NCBI GenBank assembly: GCA_963666515.2
Contig: OY762897.2
Location: 1,024,001 to 1,088,000 of the forward strand
Source: Candidatus Binatia bacterium
Lineage (GTDB): Bacteria > Desulfobacterota > Binatia > UBA9968 > JAJDTQ01
DNA: 64,000 nucleotides
Direction: 5' to 3'
Part shown: positions 28,773 through 38,000 of the stretch, in pieces
Numbering within the stretch: the first letter of the stretch is position 1
Layout: the number at the start of each line of letters is the position of its first letter
The notes under the pieces: generated by a model
The model's database searches: none
What the model was told of the DNA's origin: nothing
The model's input: the letters and a program-made list of their open reading frames with translations, nothing else
Position numbers and translations under genes: made by a program

Positions 28773-29288
28773 TCAGCCCAGCCAGGGCATGATGCTCTTG
28801 AGGAAATTCTCCGGCCCCGTAATCAACGGCTCCAGCCAGTGGATGTGCAGGATCTGGTCGAATACGCCGACGAAGAACACCAGCATGATGGCGGTCAGCC
28901 ACAGGGTCAGCGTCCATCCCTCCTTGGCCTGGTACTTGAGGTACAGCAGGGTGAACACGGGCACGGTGATGAAGAAGCCGATCAGCAGGATGCCGAAGAA
29001 CATGCCCAGGAGCCACCCGGCGAAGGCGAGGCCCCGGGCCGCCACCTCGGCGGCCGACATGGTCCAGTCCACCTGCAGGTCGCCGGTTTCCCGCTCCTGG
29101 CTGGCGGTTGTCTTCATGGAGCGGTAGGCGTCCATGACCAGTTGAATCAGCGCCATGACCAGGACCGGGACGCCGACGGAAAGGGGAAACAGGCCGGTGC
29201 CCATGGGCCAGTCCCTGGCGGTGTAGACCATGGCGGCGGCCACCACGGCGACGAACAGCGTGAACAGGAGCGACGGTGTAGCGCGCAT
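28773..29288 (-). CDS. tctB: Tripartite tricarboxylate transporter small permease TctB
   Basis: Four to five TM segments, GLFP and IGFFITVP motifs; directly downstream of tctA. Confidence 0.82.
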   Translation of the reverse strand: MRATPSLLFTLFVAVVAAAMVYTARDWPMGTGLFPLSVGVPVLVMALIQLVMDAYRSMKTTASQERETGDLQVDWTMSAAEVAARGLAFAGWLLGMFFGILLIGFFITVPVFTLLYLKYQAKEGWTLTLWLTAIMLVFFVGVFDQILHIHWLEPLITGPENFLKSIMPWLG

Positions 29289-29290
29289 GG

Positions 29291-30790
29291 CTAATCTCCC
29301 TCCCGCGTGTCGCCGGTGAGCTGCCGGACCTTACGTTCCTGCTTGACGCTGTAGTAGATGGTCGCGATGGTGACCGCGAGAACCACCAGCACCAGCGGCT
29401 GGATCAGGAAGGAGGCGCCGTAGGCGCGGACGGAGATGAACAGATACCGCTCGATGAGCCCGCCCAGCAGGAACCCCAGGAGGAGCGGCGGCCGGGGCCA
29501 TCCGCACCGTTTCATGACCCATCCCAGCAGCCCGAAGAGCAGCACCGTCACCAGGTCGAAGATGCTGGCGGTGGCCTGGTAGGCCGCCAGGAACACCACG
29601 ACGGTCACCAGCGGCGCGAGGATGTTGATCCGTACCGAAGAGATCTTGGCGAGCTGGTTGGTGAAGCACAGCGCGATGACCGTGGCCATGATGTTGGCGA
29701 TGGCCGTGCTCCAGACGATGGCGAAGGTGATGTCCAGGTGCTGCTCCAGCATGGCCGGCCCCGGTTGCAGGCCGTGGATCATGAAGGCGCCGATGAGCAG
29801 AGCCATGGACGCGCTGCCGGGAATGCCGAAGGCCAGCGTGGGCACCAGCGCGCCGCCCTGCTTGGCGTTGTTGGCGCTCTCCGGCGCGATGACGCCGCGC
29901 ACGTCGCCCGAGCCGAAGGTCAGGGCAGCGTCCTTGCAGGTGGACTTGGCGTGTCCGTAGGCGAGCCAGTCCACCACCGCGGAGCCCAGGCCCGGGATGA
30001 TGCCGACCCAGGTGCCCAGGAAGGCGCAGCGGAGCATCAGCCACCAGTTGGTGAACACGTCACGGATGCCGTGGCCCACGCCTTTCATGGCCTGCTTGGG
30101 CACGCTGCTGATCTGCTTGCCCTCGATGACCATGTCGGCCAGCTCGGGCAGCGCGAAGATCCCCAGGCTGATGACGATGATGTTCAGGCCGTCGAACAGG
30201 TAGAGCGAATCGAAGGTCCAGCGCAGCAGCCCTTCCTGCTTGTCGATGCCGATCATCGACAAGAGCAGCCCCATGCCGCCGGCGACGATGCCCTTGAGAG
30301 GCACCCGGCCGCTCAGGATGGCCACCATGGAGATGCCCATGATGCCCAGGGAGAACAGCTCGGGGGCCCTGAACAGCAGCACCAGCGGCTTCAGGATGGG
30401 GATCAGCATCCCCAGGATGACGGCGCCGATGACGCCCCCCAGCAGGGAGGAGAAATACGCGGCCCCGAAGGCCCGTCCCGCCTCGCCTTTCCGGGCCATG
30501 GGGTGGCCGTCCAGGATGGTGGCCTGGGAGCCGACGGTCCCGGGCACGGCGAACAGCACCGAGGGGATGGTGTCGGTGGTCACCGGCACCGAGGACAGGG
30601 CCACCAGCATGGCGATGGCCGCGGTGGGATCCATGTCGAACGTGAACGGCAGCAGCAGGGCCAGGCCGACGACGCCTCCCAGCCCGGGTATGGCTCCCAG
30701 CGCCATACCCACCACGACGCCGAACATCATGAATAGAAACCGTTCCACGCTCAACAGCGCGGTCAGGCCATCGGCCATTGCTTCGAACAC
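29291..30790 (-). CDS. tctA: Tripartite tricarboxylate transporter permease TctA
   Basis: GAIPGLGG, ATILDGHPMA, PESANNAKQGGALVPTLAFGIPGS. Confidence 0.93.
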   Translation of the reverse strand: MFEAMADGLTALLSVERFLFMMFGVVVGMALGAIPGLGGVVGLALLLPFTFDMDPTAAIAMLVALSSVPVTTDTIPSVLFAVPGTVGSQATILDGHPMARKGEAGRAFGAAYFSSLLGGVIGAVILGMLIPILKPLVLLFRAPELFSLGIMGISMVAILSGRVPLKGIVAGGMGLLLSMIGIDKQEGLLRWTFDSLYLFDGLNIIVISLGIFALPELADMVIEGKQISSVPKQAMKGVGHGIRDVFTNWWLMLRCAFLGTWVGIIPGLGSAVVDWLAYGHAKSTCKDAALTFGSGDVRGVIAPESANNAKQGGALVPTLAFGIPGSASMALLIGAFMIHGLQPGPAMLEQHLDITFAIVWSTAIANIMATVIALCFTNQLAKISSVRINILAPLVTVVVFLAAYQATASIFDLVTVLLFGLLGWVMKRCGWPRPPLLLGFLLGGLIERYLFISVRAYGASFLIQPLVLVVLAVTIATIYYSVKQERKVRQLTGDTREGD

Positions 30791-30917
30791 GTCATGCTCC
30801 TATTTCATGGAATACGGGTGCGCCATCGGAGGGAATCGGCCGATACCCCCATGGGCCGATATCAGCCGAGGTTCTTAACGGTTAAGCCGCGAGTCTGTCA
30901 AGGCGAGGGGCGGCGCC

Positions 30918-33743
30918 TCACGGCTTGAACTCATACGCCTCCGGCGCCGGCTTGTAGGCGCGCAGGAGCCACAGGGGACGGCGCAGGTTCCCCGGACCGG
31001 GGGCCGGCCGCGTCAGCGTGAGCCAGCGCTTGTAGACCTCGTGGGACTTGTTGGTGTCCACGAAGATGTCGCCGTAGCGGTCGTCGGCGCCGGGCTTCTC
31101 CACCCGCACCTTCTGGTGCCAGCAGTGCTGGCCGCTGATGTTGTCCGGCTGCACCGGGAAGGTCAGGTTCTGGTGCACCCCGGCCTCCTGCCACCACACC
31201 CGCCCGGAGTCCTTGTCGTCGCTCTCGAAGGGCTGGACGCCGTGGAGTTGGCGCATCATCCACTGTCCGGGCTCCACCTGCTCCAGGTTCACCAGCGCGG
31301 TGGCGAAACGGCCGCCGCCGGTCTCCTCCTGGAGGCGCCAGCGCCCCAGGTGGTGCGAGCACGCCACCACGCCCGGCCGGATCCCCTCGGTCACCCACAC
31401 CCGGTCCACGAAGTAGCCGATCTCGGTGTGCACCTTCACCAGGTCGCCGGTGTCCACCGCGAGCCGCTGGGCGTCCTGTGGATGCAGCCACACCGGGTTC
31501 TTGTGGGATATCTCGTAGAGCCACTTGGCGTTGGCCGAGCGGCTGTGGATGAGGGTCGGCAGCCGGAAGGTGGGCAGCAGCAGCATCTCGCCCTTGGCGG
31601 CGTCGATGTTGGAGCGGTGGACGTGGCTCTTGATGTAGCCCGGGTAGCGGTGCTCGGGCCACTTCCAGTCCTTCAGGGTCTCGGAGTAGAACTCCAGCTT
31701 GCGCGACGGCGTCGGGAAGCCGGCGTAGCCCTTGCCGTCCACCTCCACGCCGATGACCGCGCCGCCCTTGGATACCACCTTGGTCACCGGGTCCACCGCG
31801 GCCTCGGCCATGTCCGCTTCCTTGATCTCGGTGGCGTGGCTGCTGTAGATGTTCTCGGCCACCAGGAAGGCGCCGTACCGGCGCATGTATTCCAGCGGCG
31901 AGATGCCCTCCGCGGCCGCGGCCTCCGGCAGTCCCGGCACGCTGTTCTCGAACATCCACTGGTAGTACTCGGACACGGTGAGCTTCTCGCCCGGCCGGTA
32001 GGGCGACTCGAAGTACTTGCGGATGCCCAGGGAACCGTCCGGGTCGATGCGCCAGGACAGCTCGATCCAGAACTCGTCCTCCTCCCACACCTCTCCGAGC
32101 CCGGCTTCCGCGTGCGCCTCCCAGGTGGTGTCGAAGGTCTTGCCCTGCCGTTCCAGGGCCACCCGCAGCACCGGCTGGCGGAAGCCGATCCAGCGCGCCG
32201 AGTGGGTTTCCTGGCTCATGAGGTCGTGGCGCTCGGAGGCAAGCCCCATGGGCAGCACGTAGTCCGAGAACCACGCGGTCTCGCTCCAGGTGGGGGTGAG
32301 GCAGGCGTGGCGCTCCACCTTGGCCTCGTCGCTCAGCATCTCGATCCAGCTCATGCCGTCCGGGTTGGTCCACACCGGGTTGTAGACCCGGGTGAAGTAC
32401 ACCGAGAGCTTGCCCCGGCCCTCCTTGACGAGGTGCGGCAGCAGGAAACTCATCTCGAAGAAGGCCAGCGGGTATTCCGGCGGGTACATGAGCGTGTTCC
32501 AGACCTTGGCCGGCGGCGGCATCATGGGCGGGGCCGGGATGAACTTGTTCCAGGCGTTGGGAGCGGTGCCGCCGGGAGTGCCGACCGCGCCCATCAGCAC
32601 CACCAGGAACTCCAGCGCCCGGGCCACCTCCCAGCCGCCCAGGTTGCCGGCCGCGGCGTTGCGCCACACGTGGGTGGCCAGAGCCGAGCCGGCGCGTGCC
32701 ACCTCGCGGGCAACCTCCACGATCATGGCCGCGTCCACGCCGGACTCGGCCGCGGCGAACTCCGGGGTGTATTCCCCGTAGATGTCCTTCAGGATCTCCT
32801 CGAACCGTTCGAAGGTCTGCGGCCCGTCCGGGTGCTCCTGCCGCAGGAACTGCTCCCAGTTGACCCACTTCCGCACGAACTCGCGGTCGTAGAGGCCCTC
32901 CTGGAGCAGCACGTTGCAGATGGACAGCAGCACCGCGGCCTCGGTGCCGGGCCAGGTGGGCAGCCAGTAGTCGGCCTTGGACGCGGTGTTCGACAGCCGG
33001 GTGTCGATGACGGCGACCTTGGCGCCCCGTTCCTTGGCCTCGATGATGCGCTGGGCGTGGGGGTTGAAGTAGTGGCCGGTCTCCAGGTGCGAGCTGAGCA
33101 GCAGCATGAAGCGGGCGTTGGCGTGGTCCGGCGACGGGCGGTCGATGCCGCACCAGAAGGCGTAGCCCGTGCGCGCCCCCGCGGAGCAGACGTTGGTGTG
33201 GCTGTTGTGGGCGTCTATGCCCCAGGCGTGCATGATGCGCTGGTGGTAGAGCAGCTCATGGCCGGGGCGTCCCACGTGGTACATGATCTCGTTGCGCCGG
33301 TCTTCCTCGATGGCCTTGCGGATCCTTCCGGCCAGGTCGTCCAGGGCCTCGTCCCATGTCACCCGCTCCCACTGGCCGCCGCCGCGCTCGCCCACCCGCT
33401 TCATGGGGTAGAGGATGCGCTCGGGGTCGTAAACCTGGTTGATGGTGGCGGGTCCCTTGGCGCAGTTCCGGCCGCGGCTTCCGGGGTGCTCCGGGTTGCC
33501 CTCGAACTTGCGCACCTTGAGCGTTTCCTTGTCCACGTAGGCCAGCAGCCCGCAGGCGGCCTCGCAGTTGAAGCAGATGGTCGGCACGAGGTCGTAGTTG
33601 CGTTCCACGCGCCTGGGCCAGGCGGCCGCGTCGTATTCGGTCCAGTCCGACCAGCGTTCCCGGGGCGGAAAGCTCCGGAGTCCTCCCTGCGGCGGCTCGA
33701 GGTTGGCGGCGTCGGGGCTCAGAGGTTGCGGTTCGTTCTTCAT
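30918..33743 (-). CDS. DMSO-reductase-family molybdopterin oxidoreductase catalytic subunit
   Basis: CFNCEAAC...NCAKG [4Fe-4S] motif, DPERILYPMKR, SETAWFSDYVLP, C-terminal molybdopterin dinucleotide domain; likely start MKNEPQ at 33743. Confidence 0.9.
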   Translation of the reverse strand: MKNEPQPLSPDAANLEPPQGGLRSFPPRERWSDWTEYDAAAWPRRVERNYDLVPTICFNCEAACGLLAYVDKETLKVRKFEGNPEHPGSRGRNCAKGPATINQVYDPERILYPMKRVGERGGGQWERVTWDEALDDLAGRIRKAIEEDRRNEIMYHVGRPGHELLYHQRIMHAWGIDAHNSHTNVCSAGARTGYAFWCGIDRPSPDHANARFMLLLSSHLETGHYFNPHAQRIIEAKERGAKVAVIDTRLSNTASKADYWLPTWPGTEAAVLLSICNVLLQEGLYDREFVRKWVNWEQFLRQEHPDGPQTFERFEEILKDIYGEYTPEFAAAESGVDAAMIVEVAREVARAGSALATHVWRNAAAGNLGGWEVARALEFLVVLMGAVGTPGGTAPNAWNKFIPAPPMMPPPAKVWNTLMYPPEYPLAFFEMSFLLPHLVKEGRGKLSVYFTRVYNPVWTNPDGMSWIEMLSDEAKVERHACLTPTWSETAWFSDYVLPMGLASERHDLMSQETHSARWIGFRQPVLRVALERQGKTFDTTWEAHAEAGLGEVWEEDEFWIELSWRIDPDGSLGIRKYFESPYRPGEKLTVSEYYQWMFENSVPGLPEAAAAEGISPLEYMRRYGAFLVAENIYSSHATEIKEADMAEAAVDPVTKVVSKGGAVIGVEVDGKGYAGFPTPSRKLEFYSETLKDWKWPEHRYPGYIKSHVHRSNIDAAKGEMLLLPTFRLPTLIHSRSANAKWLYEISHKNPVWLHPQDAQRLAVDTGDLVKVHTEIGYFVDRVWVTEGIRPGVVACSHHLGRWRLQEETGGGRFATALVNLEQVEPGQWMMRQLHGVQPFESDDKDSGRVWWQEAGVHQNLTFPVQPDNISGQHCWHQKVRVEKPGADDRYGDIFVDTNKSHEVYKRWLTLTRPAPGPGNLRRPLWLLRAYKPAPEAYEFKP

Positions 33744-33799
33744 TGCGGGGGATTTCCTTGTTCGAAGTCTGTCCGAGTCGAGTTGGCTTGTTCGGCAGC

Positions 33800-35335
33800 C
33801 TAGCTGAGCGGCACGGACTGCCCGGCCTCGACCCACAGGTTCTCGAACGCCCAGAGTCCTACCAGGGCCAGCACGGCGGACAGGGGATGCAGGAACCATG
33901 CGGCTTCCGCCTGCATGCACGCCCACAACAGGAACACCGCTGGGAGAAGAACGCCCACGGCCATGAACAGGCCCCAGAACTTCTCTCGCAGCGCGCCGCA
34001 GGTCAGCAGTTCGGTGGCGCGACGGACGTCCTCGCTGACAGGCGTCAGAAACACCTCACCGAGCACCAGGCCGCCGGTCATGGCCAGCGAGACCAGCAGG
34101 ATGGTGCCGACGGCCGTCATCACCTGGGCGTCGAGGCCGGCCGCCAGCCCCACCAGCAGCAGCGTGGCGGCGCCGGCGCTGACCGCCTGGGCCAGCAGGT
34201 GCCAGAAGAAGAGTGGACTCTGCCACAGGTCGCGGCCCTTGGCTTGGGCGAAGAGGAACGCGGTATAGCCCGCTGCGCCGATGCCGAAGACGACGCAGGC
34301 AGCGACCACCCATTCCGGCATCCCGCCTGTGCCGATGCCATAGCCCAGCCACAGGAGGCTGGCGAGCGAGTAGGCCATGAGGATGTAGCCTCCAAGCACC
34401 AGCCACGAGCGCGGGTTGGGCTTGGTCAGCAGGTAGTAGAAGCGGTCGGGCCGCTTGAGGTCGAACACCAGAAGGCCGGTGGTGAGCACGGTGAAGACCA
34501 GCGCGATGAGCGGACTCACGGTGGTCAGCACCGCACCTTCCTGAAGGCGCCCCAGGACCATCAGCAACGCCGCTACCAGCAGGACGCCCGAACCGATGGA
34601 CTTGGTCCACAGGTAGGCGGCGATCTTCGACCCCCAGGGCCGCGGGTGCGGCACGTCGTAGACCTCGCGGGCGCCGCCCGGCACCGGGCTCCCGTGTCTG
34701 GAAGCGGAGAGGGCGTACAGGTCTTCGCCGGGATACTTGTCGGCCCAGAAGTGGGTGTCGCCGGTCTCCGTCATGGTGGGCTGGAGCGCGTCTTCCTCGA
34801 CGCCTACGTAGAAGAGCTTGGGGTGGGTGCCCTTGTGGGGTTTTCTGAGAGACACCTTGCGCGTCGCCACGGTGCGGGCGATGGGGCTCTCCGGATCGTC
34901 GAGGTCGCCGGACATGATGGCCTGGGTGGGACACACCACCTCGCAGGCCGGCTGCAGCCCCAACTCCACCCGGTGCGCGCAGAAGTTGCATTTGGCCGCG
35001 GTGTTGTGGTCGGGGTCGATGTACAGGGCGTCGTAGGGGCACGCCTGCATGCACGACTTGCAGCCGATGCAGCGGTCGTTGTCGAAGTCCACGATGCCGT
35101 TGGGGCTCCGGTAGAGCGCCACCGTGGGACAGATCTCGATGCACGGAGCGTCGTCGCAATGGTTGCACCGGAGCACCGCGAAATGGCGGCTGGTGGCCGG
35201 AAAGGCGCCCTTCTCGATGTACTTGACCCAGGTCCGGTTCACCCCCACGGGCACGTCGTGCTCGTCCTTGCAGGCCACGGTGCAGGCGTGGCAGCCGATG
35301 CAGCGGTTCTGGTCGATGACAAATCCATAACGCAT
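33800..35335 (-). CDS. 4Fe-4S ferredoxin (DmsB/NrfC-like) fused to NrfD/PsrC membrane anchor
   Basis: CIGCHACTVAC, CNHCDDAPCIEICP, CIGCKSCMQACP, CNFC...CEVVCP; then PWGSKIAAYLW, DLKRPDRF and several TM helices. Confidence 0.9.
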   Translation of the reverse strand: MRYGFVIDQNRCIGCHACTVACKDEHDVPVGVNRTWVKYIEKGAFPATSRHFAVLRCNHCDDAPCIEICPTVALYRSPNGIVDFDNDRCIGCKSCMQACPYDALYIDPDHNTAAKCNFCAHRVELGLQPACEVVCPTQAIMSGDLDDPESPIARTVATRKVSLRKPHKGTHPKLFYVGVEEDALQPTMTETGDTHFWADKYPGEDLYALSASRHGSPVPGGAREVYDVPHPRPWGSKIAAYLWTKSIGSGVLLVAALLMVLGRLQEGAVLTTVSPLIALVFTVLTTGLLVFDLKRPDRFYYLLTKPNPRSWLVLGGYILMAYSLASLLWLGYGIGTGGMPEWVVAACVVFGIGAAGYTAFLFAQAKGRDLWQSPLFFWHLLAQAVSAGAATLLLVGLAAGLDAQVMTAVGTILLVSLAMTGGLVLGEVFLTPVSEDVRRATELLTCGALREKFWGLFMAVGVLLPAVFLLWACMQAEAAWFLHPLSAVLALVGLWAFENLWVEAGQSVPLS

Positions 35336-35420
35336 GAGTGCCTCCAAGCGGCTATATATCCACCTGCACTCCGGGCAGTCAAACAGCGGGGCAGTGAGAT
35401 GGGTCCAGAATGTCCGAAGA

Positions 35421-35467
35421 TTGCCGGATGCATACCTCTTGCGCTATGGTACTCCATCAGAGCACCA
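35421..35467 (+). promoter_or_regulatory. Putative TA promoter with overlapping operator inverted repeat
   Basis: TTGCCG-18 bp-TATGGT; TGGTACTC-N5-GAGCACCA. Confidence 0.4.
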
Positions 35468-35500
35468 CAGCGAAGGAGTCCCACGGCGAAAGGATCGGTC

Positions 35501-35794
35501 ATGGGTGTCCACAAGCAGAGCGTCTCTTTCACCGAAGCGGCATTCGCATTTGCCCGGGAACTCGTCGATCGGGGCGAATACCCGAATGTCAGTGCTGCGG
35601 TTTCTGGAGAACTCGTGCGTGCAAAGGCGGTAAGGGAGAGGGAGCGGACACTTCTCGACGCAGAAGTCGAACGCCGCCTGCGCCTGCCGCTCGACCGGTG
35701 GGAGCCGGTTGGCGCACTTGATGAGGTGACCCGGGGCGCCCGCGCCCTTCTCGGCAAGATCGCCAAGTCAAAGGACGGCGTCTCGCAAGAATGA
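35501..35794 (+). CDS. ParD-like ribbon-helix-helix antitoxin
   Basis: KQSVSFT...ELVDRGEYPNVSAAV; overlaps the toxin start. Confidence 0.75.
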   Translation: MGVHKQSVSFTEAAFAFARELVDRGEYPNVSAAVSGELVRAKAVRERERTLLDAEVERRLRLPLDRWEPVGALDEVTRGARALLGKIAKSKDGVSQE

Positions 35795-36123
35795 TGCGCC
35801 AGATTCGGCATCCCCTTGTCGAGCGAGATGTCATCGCGATAGCCGAGCACATCGTGGAGACTACGGGCGGGGACATCGGCGCCGCAGAGCGCCGGCTCGA
35901 TGAGATCGACGACCTGTTGTCCGACATCGCCCGAAATCCGTTTTCCGGCGTCCGTCTGTCCGGCCAGCTCGAAGGCTGGCTTGTACGCCATGGCGGGCGA
36001 GATCGCAGGATCACGATCGTCTTCCGTCCGGATCCCATCGCGCAACACCTCCATATCGCACTCATCGCCTTCGGGGGTCAGGACTGGTTGAGGAAAAGCA
36101 TCGCCAGACGAGACGTCGAGTGA
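35791..36123 (+). CDS. RelE/ParE family toxin
   Basis: HPLVERDVIAIAEHI...AAERRLDEIDDLLSDIARNPFSG...IAFGGQDW. Confidence 0.75.
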   Translation: MMRQIRHPLVERDVIAIAEHIVETTGGDIGAAERRLDEIDDLLSDIARNPFSGVRLSGQLEGWLVRHGGRDRRITIVFRPDPIAQHLHIALIAFGGQDWLRKSIARRDVE

Positions 36124-36211
36124 GTGGTCGAGGCGGCAACAGATTTTCGCGGTCGGATGGCTGCTCATGGCAGCTTGCCTCGCCGCGGCCGAACCGGTAG
36201 AACCTTCCGCC

Positions 36212-37123
36212 ATGCCGAAGCTCCGCAGTCTTCGAGAGGCCATTGCCGAGGAGATCGAGGACGGCATGTCCGTCTTCATGGGGGCTGCGTTGGAGTCGCT
36301 CATCCCCTTCGCCGCCGGCTACGAGATCATCCGCCAGCGCAAGCGCGATCTCACGCTGATGACCACCATCTCCGACATGCAGTTCGACCAACTCATCGGC
36401 GCGGGCTGCGCCGCCAGGGTGTGCGGGGCATGGGTCGGCAACGTGGCGGCGGGCCTTGGGCACAACTACCGGCGCGCGGTGGAGCGGCAGGAGCCGGGGC
36501 CGCTGGCGGTGGAGAACCATTCCAACTTCTCCATGGCCCTGGGCCTCAAGGCCGCGGCCTTGGGCGTGCCGTTCCTGCCCACGCGGACGCTTATGGGCAG
36601 CGACTTCCGGGAGGAGAAGTCGTTCGCCAGCGTGGTGTGTCCGTTCACCGACGAGAATATGCTGGCGGTGCAGGCGGTCAAGCCGGACGTCGCCATCCTG
36701 CACGTGCAGCGCGCGGACGAGGAGGGCAACGCTCACGTCTGGGGCAATCTCGGAGTCACCCAGGACGCGGCCATGGCGGCGGGGAAGGTGGTGCTTACCT
36801 GTGAGGAGATCGTCTCTCACGAGGTCATTTTGAGCGACCCCAACCGGACGTTGGTTCCGGGATTCCTGGTGGCGGCGGTGGCGTGCGTCCCGTTGGGCTC
36901 CCATCCATCGCCGACACAGGGATACAGCCGCCGCGATGACGACTTCTATTTCAGCTATCATGCCCAGTCCCGCGACCGCGCCGGATTCGACGACTGGCTC
37001 GACCGATGGGTGCTGGGGGTAGACGCGCACGACGGCTACCTGGAGCGGCTCGGGAGCGAGCGGGTGGCGCAACTCAAACCCGCGCGCAGCCACATGGCCG
37101 CGCCGGTGAGCTATGGCTACTAG
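36212..37123 (+). CDS. CoA-transferase subunit A (GctA/CatI-like)
   Basis: IEDGM, EIIRQ, GVPFLP, PDVAILHVQRADEEGN, GSHPS. Confidence 0.9.
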   Translation: MPKLRSLREAIAEEIEDGMSVFMGAALESLIPFAAGYEIIRQRKRDLTLMTTISDMQFDQLIGAGCAARVCGAWVGNVAAGLGHNYRRAVERQEPGPLAVENHSNFSMALGLKAAALGVPFLPTRTLMGSDFREEKSFASVVCPFTDENMLAVQAVKPDVAILHVQRADEEGNAHVWGNLGVTQDAAMAAGKVVLTCEEIVSHEVILSDPNRTLVPGFLVAAVACVPLGSHPSPTQGYSRRDDDFYFSYHAQSRDRAGFDDWLDRWVLGVDAHDGYLERLGSERVAQLKPARSHMAAPVSYGY

Positions 37124-37215
37124 CGGCCTGCCCATTGAAACCCGTCGCCGGGAATGCTACCGGGAACGGAACGCGGCGGCGGTGGAGGCATCGTGACCCT
37201 TCCGTTACGGACCCC

Positions 37216-37971
37216 ATGGACTACACGCGGCGAGAGTTGATGGTCATTGCAGCGGCCCGCGAGATTCGCGACGGCGAGCGCGTGTTCGTAGGCATGCGGC
37301 TGCCGCTGCTGGGGTTCGCGGTGGCGAAGGAGCTGCACGCGCCCGGCGCCATCGGCATCTTCGAGAGCGGCGTGGTGCGGGACTGGCCGGCGCTGGAGCC
37401 GATCTTCACCATGAGCGACCCGCCCAACGTGGCCGGCGCGCTGTTCTGCTGCGGCCTGATCGAGGTCATGAGCCTGCTTCAGAGCGGACGTGTGGAAATG
37501 GGATTCATCGGCGGCGCGGAGGTCGATTGCCACGGCAACCTCAACACCCATTGGGTCGGAGACGACGGCAAGCGGCTGCGCCTTCCGGGAAGCGGGGGCG
37601 CCGCGGACATCGCCACCCTGGCGGGCCGGTGCGTCATCATCATGAACCACGAGCGGCGCCGTTTCGTGCCCCGGGTGCAGTACATCACCTCGCCGGGTTA
37701 CGGCGACGGCGCCGGCTGGCGCGAACAGCACGGCCTTTCCGGCGGCGGACCGAGCCGGACCATCAGCAGCCTCGGCATCTTCTCGTTCGACCCGGCGACC
37801 CGCGAGATGCAGATCGAATCCTATCATCCCGGAGTGACGGTGCAGGAAATCAGGGACGAGACGGACTGGCCGCTCAAGGTGGCGCCGGACGCCGCCGAGA
37901 CCCCCGAGCCGTCACGGGAAGAGATCCTGGCCGTGAGAAAGTACGACCCACAAGGGGTCTGGACGTCATGA
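37216..37971 (+). CDS. CoA-transferase subunit B (GctB/CatJ-like)
   Basis: ELMVIAAAREI, FESG, GAEVDCHGNLN, LPGSGGAAD, SYHPGVT. Confidence 0.9.
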   Translation: MDYTRRELMVIAAAREIRDGERVFVGMRLPLLGFAVAKELHAPGAIGIFESGVVRDWPALEPIFTMSDPPNVAGALFCCGLIEVMSLLQSGRVEMGFIGGAEVDCHGNLNTHWVGDDGKRLRLPGSGGAADIATLAGRCVIIMNHERRRFVPRVQYITSPGYGDGAGWREQHGLSGGGPSRTISSLGIFSFDPATREMQIESYHPGVTVQEIRDETDWPLKVAPDAAETPEPSREEILAVRKYDPQGVWTS

Positions 37972-38000
37972 CCGCCGACCGCGCCGCCGGATAATCTCCC

